The notes under the pieces are model-generated. The model was not told the DNA's origin and searched no databases. It was given only the letters and a program-made list of their open reading frames with translations. Of a stretch of 64,000 bases of DNA, positions 1 through 13,900 are shown piece by piece. The stretch's first letter is position 1. Each line of letters begins with the position of its first letter. The stretch is from the human T2T-CHM13v2.0 reference genome, Homo sapiens, in assembly GCF_009914755.1 (NCBI RefSeq), contig NC_060935.1; one strand, 5' to 3'. The translations under genes and the position numbers were made by a program.

Positions 1-345
1 AAGATTAAATGCAGAAACATAGATGAATAACCATCTTCCTTCTATTAAGGCTGATATTTTTAAAGTTCTGACAACTATAAAACGAGGTGACTCTTTTCAC
101 CATTTTTGTTTTAAAAATATAGTCTTTTTTATTAAACTGTTATTTATGCTAGCATTAAATGGTTCATTTTATTGCTATTTTAAATAAATTAATATATAAC
201 TATATATTTAACTTATTTCAATTTTAATTTCTTACGTAGTAAATATTAATAAATGTATTCATCAGCAATAGAACCTTTTTAGGGACTTTAATATATTTTC
301 AGAGTGCAAAGTGGCTCTGAGACCATAAAATTTGAGAATTTCAGC
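1..345 (+). mobile_element. hAT-Charlie DNA transposon 3' end (Charlie1-like), old
   Basis: Resembles recalled Charlie1 3' consensus (…gcagaa…cttctattaag…ctgagaccataaaatttgagaa); boundaries approximate. Confidence 0.6.
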
Positions 346-2559
346 CCTAAATACTTTTAAATAAATATACTTATCAGGATACAGAGGTCACTGTTTTTTT
401 GGGGGTTCCAAAGAATGGAAAAGATAAAGGAGGAAGAATAAATGAAAGAAAGAGGACAAAGAACACATTGCAAACAGAATTGAAGGGATATGTTAGTTCT
501 CTGTATCTCACTTGGCATGTCTTATAGACAAAAATGTCTCTTCTTTAGGAATAAATAAATCACAGCAAAGGATTGGAAGTCTGCAACTATCTCAAAACCA
601 CATTCATGGGCAACCAAAATGAAGCATAAAAAGAAAAATACTTGGACTTTCAAGTTTAAAAAAGTAATAATTAATACTAAATTTTTTACATTCCACTTTA
701 GCAATTATAAGGGCACAACATTTTTATTTCATGACAGTTATAAGATCTTTATTAATAAACTAAGTACATAAAAATAATTAAAAACCTTTGAAAAATCACT
801 AAATGATTTAAATGTATGTGACATAGAGACACTGTGCCAATGTCACAGTAAGCCTGTCTTTCAAAAAGAAAAATAAATGTTTACTGCAAAACATCTAAGT
901 TGTCCCAGTGTATATACATAAGTCATGGAAAATACTAATAAGCTCATTATTGCACCAATCTGATACCAAATCAGTAAGTCAATTTAGTGCTTATAATGTA
1001 GTGTTACATTGATTTAATGATGCTATTAGTGATATTTGCAGTGATTGGACTGGCATAAACAATTAATATTTAGGACTCTTTCTCCATAGAACAAACACCT
1101 AATTCCACTAATTGCCTCTAGTTCTGCTTCTATTAACTGCACACTTTGTACATGCTAATAATCTTATTATCAGCTGCTGCTGAGTTAATTAAAATTCATG
1201 TCTACAAGCATAAACCAAAATGTATGTATTCTGATCACCTTTTATACGTTAAATAAAAATGTTGGAAGACCAAATTTAAACATTAATTTCCAGAAAGTGA
1301 AAATATATTTTTAAAATGCATATGGCAAATTAACTTATAATGAGCTCAAAAGAGGTTGCAAAAATAATTTCACATTATGATGATATGATAACAGTTCAGG
1401 ATCATTTAAGAATGACATGTTCTTAAAGCAAAAAACGACATGCCAGTCCATTATTTTGTATGGAAAGTAAAATGTTTTCAGAAAAGCATTTTTCATTATT
1501 TGAGTAAAGAACTATATCTCGTTATTAATTTGCCTTTTTTCTCACTCTCTGAAAACACCTAGGATATATTTTAATTTGTTTTGGTGGTCTCATAGTCAGT
1601 CTGAAATACATTTTCTTTTTTTCTTTATATTTTGCTATTTCAGCGTTTAGCAAATAATTTCTGAGTAAATTGTATAGGTTCAGTCCTGAATGAAGAACTC
1701 TTATTTTTATTTGTTAGAGAAATGTTATATATAATATCCTATTCATATCTAGAAAAATTGATTTGAGTTTTAAAATTTTATTATTTATAACTCTAATCAT
1801 TAGTGACAATGAACATATACTGGACAGCATTTTATAATTAAGAATGTGACAATATATTTTAGCTACATTCACTTATTAATAATGAAATTAGGTAATAATA
1901 AGATATGATTAATCTTAACTGGATTTTATTCAAGAAAAATCATTCTATTTGGGTCAAATATGAAATGAAAATAAGTGTCCCTGTGTCTTAGATGTATTCC
2001 TTAAATATTCAAGCCGCCTAGATTCTCTCAATTGGGAATTGACAAGTGTTATTATAACGTCGTGTTCATTGGGTGATAACAGCTCTGTGTTGTCATGTGG
2101 TTTTTGCTTTAAGAACATATCATTCTTAAAATATATGAATACAGTGTCATATATATATGTGTACACAAAATTTATATATATACTTCATATATGGATTAGT
2201 TGCTAGAAACTGAATTCCCTTCCAACAACAGAAAAAGGTGACAAGATGGATGATGGGTTATGATTTATTTTATCTCCAGTGGGGAAAAAAACCTCTTCAA
2301 AACTATAGTATTGTTGATTTCAAGTTTAACTCAGAAAAAAAAAAGTTGCATCAGGTAGAACATTTTTTCACTCTTTCTTTTTCTATATTATTATTAAAAC
2401 AAATATATCCAAATGTTGATGCCCTCTTTATTTTATTCATAGCTTTTGAGGCATGTTTCATAGCTGTAATACAGCTGTGTATATTCCCAAACTCCTCACT
2501 GCTAAGTGAAAAATCAGTTTTCCTTTCTTGCCTTTTTTAACTTATTTAAATAGGACACA

Positions 2560-3100
2560 CTCATGCATGCCTTCCTTCTTGAAATTCTTTCCTGCCCTGG
2601 CTTCCTTGACAACCTTTTACGCGGTTTTCCTCCTACCTACGTGATATTGCCTTCTCAGTGTCCATTATGGGCTCTTACTCTAAAACGAAGCCTTCTCCAA
2701 GTTTCCATTTTTGGCCCTAACCTCTTGCCTTGCCGTCATTCTGAAAAGGCAAATCTTATTTCTTCCTTATGTCAGCTACCAACTCTACCGAACTACTTTC
2801 AAAACAGCATCTCTGACCTTTAATTACAGGTACTCAGTATTATATAGTACAGCTTCCTAAGTATTGCACAATTGAATCTATGTCACTATCTCCCAAACGG
2901 GACTCATTTTCTATCCTTTAAATATGTGTCTCCGTCTCAGCTAAACCCACTATGTTCGAGAAAGTGGAATTACCTTTTTGTTCCACTCAGCACAATGGAC
3001 TGTGTTGGACATCTTATTTACTGGTCTACATACACCAATGAAAGCTCAGCTCTGTGAGGTTACAGTCTATTTCTTATCTATTTTGTTCACCATGTTCATG
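2560..3100 (+). mobile_element. L2 LINE fragments
   Basis: L2-like text: cttccttcttgaaattctttcc…ggcttccttgac; aagctc…tgtgagg…ttttgttcacc. Confidence 0.5.
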
Positions 3101-3504
3101 TAGTTCTACTTTCTCAGAAGATGCAGAGTGACCCTTCTTTGTCACCCTTTCCCACAATCAATTAGTCCCCGACTCCTTCTTATTCCTTATCCTAAAAGCC
3201 ATCCCTTGCCCAGCCACATTTTTTAGTTCATTCTTTTTATCATCCATGACTTCAAATAGTATAATAGCTCCCAATCGCTTTTTCTGCTTCAGTCCTATTT
3301 ATATATTTACCTCCTCTTGATTAAACTTTGCAATGATTCCAATTATTTAAGATGCCGTAAAAGTCCCTTTTTTATGCAGCTGCTACTTATTCCAATGTCA
3401 TCTTCCACTCTGTACTTTCCAGGAGCTACAGCATCTACCCACACTGACTAATTTTAAATTTACTAAACACATGAACCTGAGGCAACACACTATGCTCCTA
3501 TGAT

Positions 3505-3620
3505 ATGGGATGTATATAGATATTGACATAAATAGAGTTATAGACATCAATATAGGTATAGATACTGGCAAAATCAAAAAGATGTAGATGTACAGATATA
3601 GATAGATGCAGATACAGGTA
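3505..3620. repeat. Degenerate TAGA/TATAGA low-complexity repeat
   Basis: Repeated atagat/gtagat/acagat units. Confidence 0.6.
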
Positions 3621-4339
3621 TTTTTAATCACCTCCAGCCAATTCTTCTTCAATTGCATGATCTCCATGAAGCGCTCCTCCCCTCCATGCATGTTGAGGAG
3701 CACGGCGTTCACCGTGTGTTCCTACACTAGCCTGAGGGTATCTCTGTTAAACGATATTGAACATTGCATTTACATGTCTGGACTATAAACTCCTTGAAAG
3801 TAAAGATGGTGTATCTTTGCATGTGACACAGTTGTCATGGAATCAGTCATTTTAAAAGTTTGTTAAAAGAAGGTGTGGAATTTAAAAATAACAATCTGTA
3901 TTAATTACCAAATCAATCTATCATGTAAAAAATTGAAATATGCCTATCCAAGTAACAGTGGCATAGAGAACCTCGGGTTACAATCTTGTCAATAAAAATT
4001 CATTTCAGAACTCTTTCCTAAAATATATAGTTATTCAATAATACTTATCGTGAGAAAAAAAATCCCCATATAGGAAATAGAAGGAAGAAATATTTACTCA
4101 TGTAAAGTATAATTTGAGCAACAATTGGAACACCTTTGTCTTTTTGCTCTTTTTAAACTGTTAATTAATAAGAAAATTTTATATTAAGAAGGCTTTTAGT
4201 TAAAATTCAAATTGCTTTGAGAGACGTAACAATAAACTCTTTTTTATTTTGTTTGAGCTTTTATATAAGAGTGTAGATACTTATTTGGAAATTTTATTTT
4301 ATAGGAAATAATCTTAACACTGATTTATAGTGAGAAAAA

Positions 4340-4670
4340 GAGGACATAATGTTAACTAAAATAAGCCACACGCAGAATGAAAAATACTGCATAATCTCAT
4401 ATGTGGCATCTAAAAACTAGTCATTACTGGGGCAGGGCGGGGAGTGCTGGAAATGGGAAGAAGCAGGCCAGAAAGTACAAACTTGCAGTTATGTAGGACG
4501 AATGCCTAATAAATAATAATAAAAATAATAAATTGCACAGCATAATGATTGATAGGCTAATTTGCTTAACTATAATAATTATACACACATACATATACAC
4601 ATATATACACATGTAAAAAATCTATATCTCTCAAAGCATCATGTTATACATCTTAAATATATACAATAAA
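4340..4670 (+). mobile_element. L1MA-type 3' end fragment
   Basis: ataagcc…aaatactgcat…tgtggcatctaaaa…aaagtacaaacttgcagtt…atcatgttatacatcttaaatatatacaataaa. Confidence 0.65.
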
Positions 4671-5092
4671 ATATCCTAACTCAAATTTAGGTACTTTGAG
4701 AAAGACAAGCTTAATGTTCGTGACTATTTCTACTAGATTCATTTTTGCTGTCCGTAAGCAAAGCCGTACCTCCACTAAGAACCTGGGTCCAACTAAGATG
4801 TCAGAGAGAATACCTCCTAATTCTTTCAGGCTGCCATGTTAACATTTCTTTAATATTAATAATGATTCCTGTGCTTTCATTTATTCAATATGTGTGTGCA
4901 TTATCTGCAGTTACGGGTTAGTGAAGTATGAAGCACAAACATGTTTTGCTCCATATCAGAATATGAAAGCCAACAATTTAGACTTTAAAAAGAAATGTAT
5001 TTTCCATAGCTTCATACAGAGCGTATTTTCATATTGTAGTAACTATTGCCATTGAGAACAAATCAGGATAAGCTTTGTGTTATTACCAACTA

Positions 5093-5817
<725 letters not shown>

Positions 5818-5861
5818 TACTCTAAGAGAGTAGAAGTTGGAACTCTCATTCAGGCCATACT

Positions 5862-6423
5862 GAACTAGAAATACCATTCGACCCAGCCATCCCATTACTG
5901 GGTATATACCCAAAGGATTATAAATCATGCTGCTATAAAGACACATGCACACGTATGTTTATTGCGGCACTATTCACAATATCAAAGACTTAGAACCAAC
6001 CCAAATGTCCAACGATGATAGACTGGTTTAAGAAAATGTGGCACATATACACCATGGAATACTATGCAGCCATAAAAAATGATGAGTTCATGTCCTTTGT
6101 AGGGACATGGATGAAGCCAGAAACCATCATTCTCAGCAAACTATCGCAAAGACAAAAAAACAAACACCGCATGTTCTCACTCATAGGTGGGAATTGAACA
6201 ATGAGAACACATGGACACAGGAAGGGGAACATCACACACCGGGGCCTGTTGTGGGGTGGGGGGAGCGGGGAGGGATAGCATTAGGAGATATACCTAATGT
6301 TAAATGACGAGTTAATGGGTGCAGCACACCAACATGGCACATGTATACATATGTAACTAACCTGCACGTTGTGCACACGTACCCAAAAACTTAAAGTATA
6401 ATTAAAAAAAAAAGAAAAAAAAG
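5862..6423 (+). mobile_element. 5'-truncated L1PA3/PA4 (end of ORF2, 3'UTR, polyA)
   Basis: ORF 6015-6197 is the ORF2p C-terminus (…HIYTMEYYAAIKNDEF…LIGGN); G-rich 3'UTR; A tail 6404-6422. Confidence 0.93.
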
Positions 6424-6684
6424 AGAAGGAAAAGGTTGGGGGAAAGGTCTGCAATTCTATTTTGGATGTTGAGGAGAAGATGAGTGGGACAGCTGCAGCT
6501 TGCTCACTTTAGAGGGTTGGCACAGTTGTGCCCTGCTTTGCCAAGAAGAACACGCACAAGGGATAGCTAACAGGCAAAGTAGACCTGGAATAAGGGATGA
6601 GGGCTTGGAGTGGAAATGGCCTATAAAGTCTCAGTCTTCCCAGTGAGTGGTCCATGAGTCCGTAAGTCAGGTAGTTTTGCCCTT

Positions 6685-6803
6685 ATTTTATTTTTTATTT
6701 TGTAAAAATTTATTTGTATAGACTTAGAAGTGCAGTGCGGTTTTGTTACATGCATATATTGCCCTGTGCTGAAATCTGTGCTTTTAGTATAACTATCACC
6801 CAA
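6685..6803 (-). mobile_element. Old L1 (L1PB/L1MA) 3' end fragment
   Basis: T-rich tail then ttttgttacatgcatatattg…cttttagtataactatcacccaa. Confidence 0.6.
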
Positions 6804-8727
6804 CTTAAAAAAAAAAATACTATCTGGCTAGAAAACTGATTTTTCCATTATTCTTGTTATATCCAAAAGCTCTGGTTTTAGCGACTATTCTATTACTGTT
6901 TTTAAATGTCTCTTGGTCAAATATACAGTTTTCATTAATACAAATACTTTGTTACACATTAATTGTGCAGATTTCCACTGGAAAATGACCATACTTTGTA
7001 TCCTTCCGGCCTTGTCACTGTTGTTGGCATTATTCTAAGGCTTGCCGTGAATACAGAACACCACTGCTGTCATTTTTCAGTAAGCATTGCCATGTTTTTC
7101 TTGTCTCATATTGGCTTCCAGTGGGTTCTGATATGATTTCTTCTGCTCTGGATTCTTATCAGTATCTTGCTACCTCATTAGCAAGCATCGTTTAGCAGAA
7201 ACACCTGAGCCGACATGATGCCACCTTGCTCAGCCTTTTGCCTTTCTTTGGGACTGTCCAACCTAGCTTCCTTTCTCTTTACTACAAGAAGACCGTCAGC
7301 CCTTTGTGAGCTGATAATTAATAATCAATTAAGGTTTGATAATAAAATTGCACTATATTGTACTTTGGCACCTGAAGTAATTTATTTTCATAACACCAGG
7401 AGCAGCTCATCACCAATTATAATGAAAGTAGGTTCACAGTCTATGATTTTTTTCTTTCATATAAAATTTGTGTAACCAGAAATAATAAGAGGTGTATAAA
7501 AGAAGTGTCATGTAGCTATAATACATTGATTAATATTTGTTGTCACATTAAGTGGGCTTGGGATCCTTACAAGAAAGGTGCTATTTAAGCATAAAATATT
7601 GGTGTTGTGTCTGTACTCGCATAGCTTATAAATTATATCTTGAGAGTTCACAGACACAAAGCAAGTTTTTACCATTGTCAGCAAGCAAAGCCAATGTAGC
7701 TGTTGGAGAGGGAGCCTCCTGCGTCATCAAAAGAATTCCCAGCTGAGCCCTGATCCCCTTATCACTACCATAAGTGATGGTCGATGGTAGTTCAGGTATA
7801 AAGAACACAGTTCCAATTCCAGGTGCCAGGCTGAACCTGATATGGTAACAGGGAAAAGATCTTCTAACTCATAAACACAGAAAACTAGATATAAATAAGG
7901 ATTATGGCAAATAACTCGGATATAACAAAACGCAGTCTCTTCTGAAAAAAAACCAAAAACCAAAAAACAGCATGTGTGAAAACAATGTATTTTCCTCCAA
8001 AACTGCAGGTTGTTATATGCCAATTAGCAAGTTGAATAAGATATTCAGGTAAAACACTAGAATGTGAGATTATACATTTGTATACAAAAATTTTTGCCAA
8101 AATCTCATATGTAAATTTATTCATCTCTGTGCAGTTCTTAAAGTAGTAGGTTCCTAATAAATGTCAATTGAATGAACCATATATCCTGGTGAGTATATGC
8201 AAATGCCACAAACTGTCAATTAAATTTAATCTTGTATTTTACCTTGCATTGCACTTGTGCTAAAACTATTCCCCATTAATTGGATTCTTTATATGTGAGG
8301 TATGTTAATCTGATATGATACAAACAACTTGTTTTGTGGTGTTCTAATTCTTTTATTCAAATTAAAATGGGGATTTGTTTAGTGAACAAGTTAAGAACAC
8401 TATGGTGGAGGCACTTTACTTAGATTTGTGTTTCATTAGCTCATTAATACAGAATTAAACATTTCATCTCAAGCATGCTTACATGCCTAGTGTATACTTA
8501 GCCCTCAACAAATGTTAATAGCTCCTGTTTTGCCACTGAGTGTAAGGGTACCTTCGAAACATTCTGACATTTTGCAGTTTGCCAATGTATTTATTAGATA
8601 CTTCATGTCATATAATCTATACAACTTGTCTTATAGCTTCAACTGCTAATTTGGGGTTCCTCTCAGTTCTCTAAAAAATCGGAACATCCTTAGGTCAGAA
8701 CTTAAATGGCATTGCTAATTAGAGCAT

Positions 8728-8762
8728 GAGTGCCATCTAGTGGTAGACATGGCTAACTACAG
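8728..8762 (-). promoter_or_regulatory. CTCF binding site (core plus upstream module)
   Basis: Minus strand CTGTAGT-tagccatgt-CTACCACTAGATGGCACTC; core fits CCASYAGRKGGCRS and the upstream part resembles TGCAG. Confidence 0.7.
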
Positions 8763-11700
8763 GCTTATTGGTGAACAAAAAAAAAATAGGTGGTGAAAAT
8801 GTTCTGCTTCTTCATTATAATGCAGTCTCTTGGAGTTAGTCTCAGACAAACAAATGAGACATCCTATATATACGCTACTCAGCCAATAAAAATTTAAACA
8901 CAAAGTATATCAGATTGAGGGGTGGAAGAATTTAGTTCCTGGTCCACAGGAGGCATACAGTCTAGTTCTACACCTAAAGATCTACACAAAATGTTTTAAG
9001 CTGGATTCTAAGTACATTTTGGAAATATTGTAGATGAGACCAGGAATGTCTAATATATAAAGGTGAGAATCATATTTGATAGCAATATTTTTGAAGGATG
9101 ATTATTTTGATGGAGGGCCAAATATCAAAGACAGGTCAAGTTAATGTACCTGACAGACTTGGGAGACAGGGAAGAGATGGGAAATGATCAAGATGCAACA
9201 CACATATGGCCATTCTTTAAAACCATAAAGAACAAATTAGACTAATTCTAAGAAACCATTAGACATTTTTATCCCATACTGAGAAGAATGGTATGTAAAC
9301 AGTGACAATACAGAGGTATTTACCTGGTCATGAACAAATGAATCTTTGGTTTTGTTTCTTTATGGAAACAACTTTATATCCAGAGGTCTTGGTGAGAGAA
9401 TGCTACATAAAAGAAAAATTAGACATCTGTAAAGGTAAGTGAATTAAAACTGATAGAGATCCTGAGACTTAAAATATATCCAAGAAAAAAAAATAGAAAT
9501 GCATATCTAAAGGAATCTACTGGATGAAAACTAAGTAAACTTTACCTTTAAATTAGTAAGATTTCAACTTTTACTTCTATTTTCTAAAATCCTAATTAAC
9601 TGCAAATGTTTATGGTTTGCATAAATAGTTGGACCAAAATGTCACAAAGGGTGAGCATAAATTCCACCTACAGGAGATTAGATATTTGCAGCTTCTGTAA
9701 GTAAGAGTTGGTACTGTGACCACCAAAAGCTTGACCACCACAGTTGAATTAGAGCTCCTCTCTCATACTTCTTAATGGTTTTGGTTGCCGATGTTATCAA
9801 GACATCCACAAAGTAGACTATGTTCTTTAGCGTTGTTTACTGAAGCAGCTGTTAAATTAATTAAGTTGGTATATTTTCCAAGTCTGATTAAGATATGTTT
9901 ACTTCTGCTTTCACAAAACAGCTGTGATATGAGTACTGAGACACATCTTCTAAGAAACTCAAAATATAATTAAAATCATATTTTGTCCAGTTCAAGTAAA
10001 AGTTTACTTTTGCTTCTTCATGTGTTACTTTGCACTTATAGGGAATACTGGCATATATTGAAAATGCAAGATTTTGATTCCTTTAATTTTTATCTTAGTA
10101 CTTACCCATTCACCATTATTGGTAACACATTAACATAGAGGATTAAAACATCAAAACAGAAAATGCAAATGCTAAAAGAAGCTCCAGTAGGCAAGGCAGA
10201 TGATCCAAGAAAGATGACTGATCTAGACATGAATTCACCATTGGTCTGCTTCCCTACAGTTATGCTATGATTTGATGGAACATAATAATAGTTATGATCT
10301 GTTAACTAGAACCTAGAACTTATCTGAGTCAAATGAAGGGAAAGAGAAAGGAGGGCATGATTTCAATAAAAATCTGTAACACAAATAAGACAAAAGCTCA
10401 GAGGCACCTCAACTGCTACAGATGTGCTGCATCTGCTTGCTTGCCCATTGGGGACGATGAGATAAAGAGATTAAGACATTTACACAAAGATGGCTAGACA
10501 ACAAGATCAGATCAGCAACATGACAGCTAGGTTGAGGTGTCATAACCATAGCATAGAGAAAGTGACCTACTGAACCACTTACCCCACTTACAAACAATGT
10601 TTTAATTAACTTAATGTACAAATGATATTTTACCAGGGTACAGGATGAGCTGGTTAATTCAAAAATGTCATTAGCATCAAACAGAGAAAACCAGTGATCT
10701 TTTAATAATGCCATTTTATTAAGAAAACAGCATTGGAATTTAATAATGGGGCATACCTACTTTTATATCTTTTAAAGACAAATCTTACATCAAAACAACT
10801 ATAACTTAAAATCCCATTCTTACATGTCAATAGTAGAAAATCTTGGTCATGGTATGTGAAAAGATTTGATGTTTACTTGGAAAACACAAGGTAGTTTGTT
10901 TCTTTTTAGTGGAACTCTAACAAGGAGTTTTGTTTGTTTGTTTCTTATTTTAAGCACTGTTGTTTCTCTAATTCCAGACATTGACCTGCTTAAACCTGAA
11001 CACTGTGGATATAAAAGGATACAGAAGTGTACCTGATCTATAGAGCCCTTACTCTCCAAGCAGAAAATTGTAAAAATATACAGTACATAAGTTAACTCCA
11101 TAACAGCAAAATTCTAAAGAAAGATGAGTCAGATAGACTAACAGTTTGTCTGTTACATATATAGATATTAATAGGGAATATATAATTGTATATTATTACA
11201 AATTAGAACATTAAAAGTCATAAAAGACATGAGAATAAATATAGTCACTCTTTCTGGGTCCTGAATGAAGTGTAGCCAGGTAACCTAGTCACCCCCAAAT
11301 AATGATTGAAGTCAACATTTTAAATTTGAACTGACAGAAATAGACCTTACTATTTTTAATTAAACAGATTCAACGTTTCCTTTCTCTCCCTCTAAAGCAT
11401 CAGATAACTTCGCAAGGAAAAGTGCTATTACATTATCTACTTGTTTCAAAAATATATTCACACCATAGTCTTGTGATAATATTGCTCTCTTTATAAAAAG
11501 TAAAAACATTAAAAGCTTTTATTTAGTTCTTGCTTAAGAAAGGAGAAATATTTAGTCCATTTACATCATGTAAAAGGTAAATTTTCTTGTTCATGTTAAT
11601 GGTAGGAGGGCACCATGAATCATGTGACCGATAGCATTTCCTTCTTTACATTGGCTGCTAACAAAGTTAATGGCAGACCTAGCACCATTTGTAACAAAAA

Positions 11701-13149
11701 CATCAATGCAGTTTTCTCTATAAACCTCATTTCTGGCTTCATCTTATCTCTCCTCCTATCACTTTACCGTTTGTCTTGATCTCACTGACCTACATTTTTT
11801 ATTCATTTTTTTAAACTGAATAGATTTTTATAAGCCAACTTACATCCTTTCTAGGGCAAAGCTAGTTGAAAGAAATTATGTGACATAATGACTCAAAATG
11901 CCCAAATTATCGGATCATGGGTAATATAGAATGGTGTTCTAAGAAGGGAAGAGAACTTTCAGAAAGCTTTCTACACTCCCGATCCCTCTTTCAGGCTGCA
12001 TGTGCTCAATTATACACTTTTAAAGGCAAAAACCTCATCGAACAATAAAAAGAATGCGTTAGAGCTCCTACACTTTGAATTTATTTTGTGATGTATTTAA
12101 TGTGGTTATAAAAGTCCTGGTAGTTCTCTCTGTGAACCGACAGCCTGACAGAGGAGAAGAGCCAGTGGGGCAGAGAAAAAGCCACAGAAGGGGAATCTCC
12201 ACAACGATCCCTCAGTTAACACATAAAGAAGATAACCTAGTTACTGGAAAGCAGGAACACGAATATAAAAAGTATGGAAGAGTGGAGAAGTATTAAATGC
12301 ACACAAATTTGTCTTTGCTACAGAACAAGCAATCAGCCTAGATCCTGAGGATAGCGATTAAAAGCAGAGACTGGGTGTTTGTACATCATTGGATGAATGA
12401 GAAGCAGCCAAGAAACAGGAAAAGACTAATTTTAATTACCAGAAAAACTGCAAGAGAAAGAACACAGGGCTAGTGGTAGACGGCTTCCAGCTACAGGCTG
12501 CCTGGCACTGTACTCTCCTTGCCAATTAGAGCCAGTCAGACCCCATCGGGGGATTCAGTGAGCAGAAGAATCAGCGTCAGTCCAGGGTCAGGCTGCTCTC
12601 AAACACACATGAAAAACGGACACCAGCGGACACGGGGTGCGACCCTAGACTCCCATGCAGTTTCTTATACAGACACAGAAATAGAAAGCAGTACGTGGGA
12701 TTTCCTTTCCATTAAATACAGGTGCAAACCACATTCTCTATGGAAATATATTGCAAAGGAAATGTTATATAATTTATTTAACAAATACCCAATTACCATC
12801 AGCCCAATCGTGGGAATTGGAAAACGACTCAAAGACTGAGAGGAAAAAAAAAAAAAAAAGTAGAGAGGAGGACTGGCAGAACAATGGCACTAAAGCTGCC
12901 ACACTGTGGATTTACTACCTGTGTTATTTTTCCAATTACAGCCATTGTAATATAAAAATTCCGAAAAAAAGGTTGCTGAGACCATTCCTTCGCTTTTTTT
13001 TAGAACTGAGTCAACACCCCAAATCAAAGAGAAATATAAACAGGCAGAGCCTGATAGTCCTTAGATGAAACGCGTAAGTGCAGAAACAAAAGAGAAGTGC
13101 TTCCCATTCAGGACTTAAGAAAATTCTGCAAAGTGAAAAAGTCCACTCT

Positions 13150-13870
13150 CAAACCGACCTAAGTGAACGCGTCAGTCTGTGCTGCTGCTGTCAGAGGTGT
13201 GAGCCGGGGACTACAGGAATCAGAGTGAAGACAGGAGCGGAGGAAGGGACTCTCGCCTGGATCTCCCGTGCCGACTCCAGCCAGCACGTTTGCTTTGTAA
13301 TCTATGAATGTTAAATACGGAGGGGTTGCAGAGCAGAAACGCTCGGGGAAGGGGGGCAGGTCCTCTGTACTTAGCAGGGAAGGAAAATGCCGGTTGACTA
13401 GTGAGACGAGTGGAGAAACACAGAGCACCCTCCGGGAGGCGCACAGTTCGTTAAGCCCAGGGACATGCTCAATGAACCTTTGCAGCAAGAGGCAGTGAGG
13501 CGCTGGACGCGGGCGCCGGTGACAGCGCGGGCGGGCGGGGAGGGGCGAGGGGCCGCCCCGGGAGGACACAGCCAGTCAGAGGCGCGGGGCGCAGGGCGCG
13601 CGGACGCATTGGAGGAAAACACGCGAGCCCCAAACACACCAGCCGCAGGAGGCGCCGCACCTACTTCCCAATATAACCAACTACGGCGTGGGGGAGCGGA
13701 ACTGCGAGAAGGCGGCAGCCAAAGTGCCATTAAAGCTCGGGGCGGAGAGGATGCGTTACCTGGGTCCCGTCTGCTGCGAGAGGCAGGGCAAGCTGGAGGA
13801 TTCCCTCTGAATGATTAAGAACTCCGCAATTCGCCTCTGCCACAGGCTGCAAAGGACCCGAGGAACCGCT
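13150..13870. promoter_or_regulatory. CpG island (core ~13430-13790) at the gene 5' end, with GC boxes
   Basis: Dense CpG/GC sequence in an otherwise AT-rich, CpG-poor window; GGGCGG boxes at 13529-13538 and ~13740. Confidence 0.9.
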
Positions 13871-13900
13871 CTCTCTGAACTGTGCTGATGGGCAGGAGGA
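13760..13900 (-). other. Non-coding first exon (5'UTR) of a minus-strand gene; identity unconfirmed, tentatively recalled as SEMA3D-like
   Basis: Donor CCCAG|GTAACG at 13760/13759; no ATG in the exon; CpG island immediately downstream; CCAAT box just upstream. TSS approximate; gene name not verified. Confidence 0.6.

Noticed and set aside
6994-7372. Candidate minus-strand internal exon (acceptor ttacttcag|, donor aaa|gtatgg)
   Set aside because: Poor polypyrimidine tract, weak donor and no open frame across it; better explained as non-coding regulatory DNA
13866-13889. REST/NRSE-like half site (TCAGCAC on minus)
   Set aside because: The right half GGACAG is missing at canonical spacing
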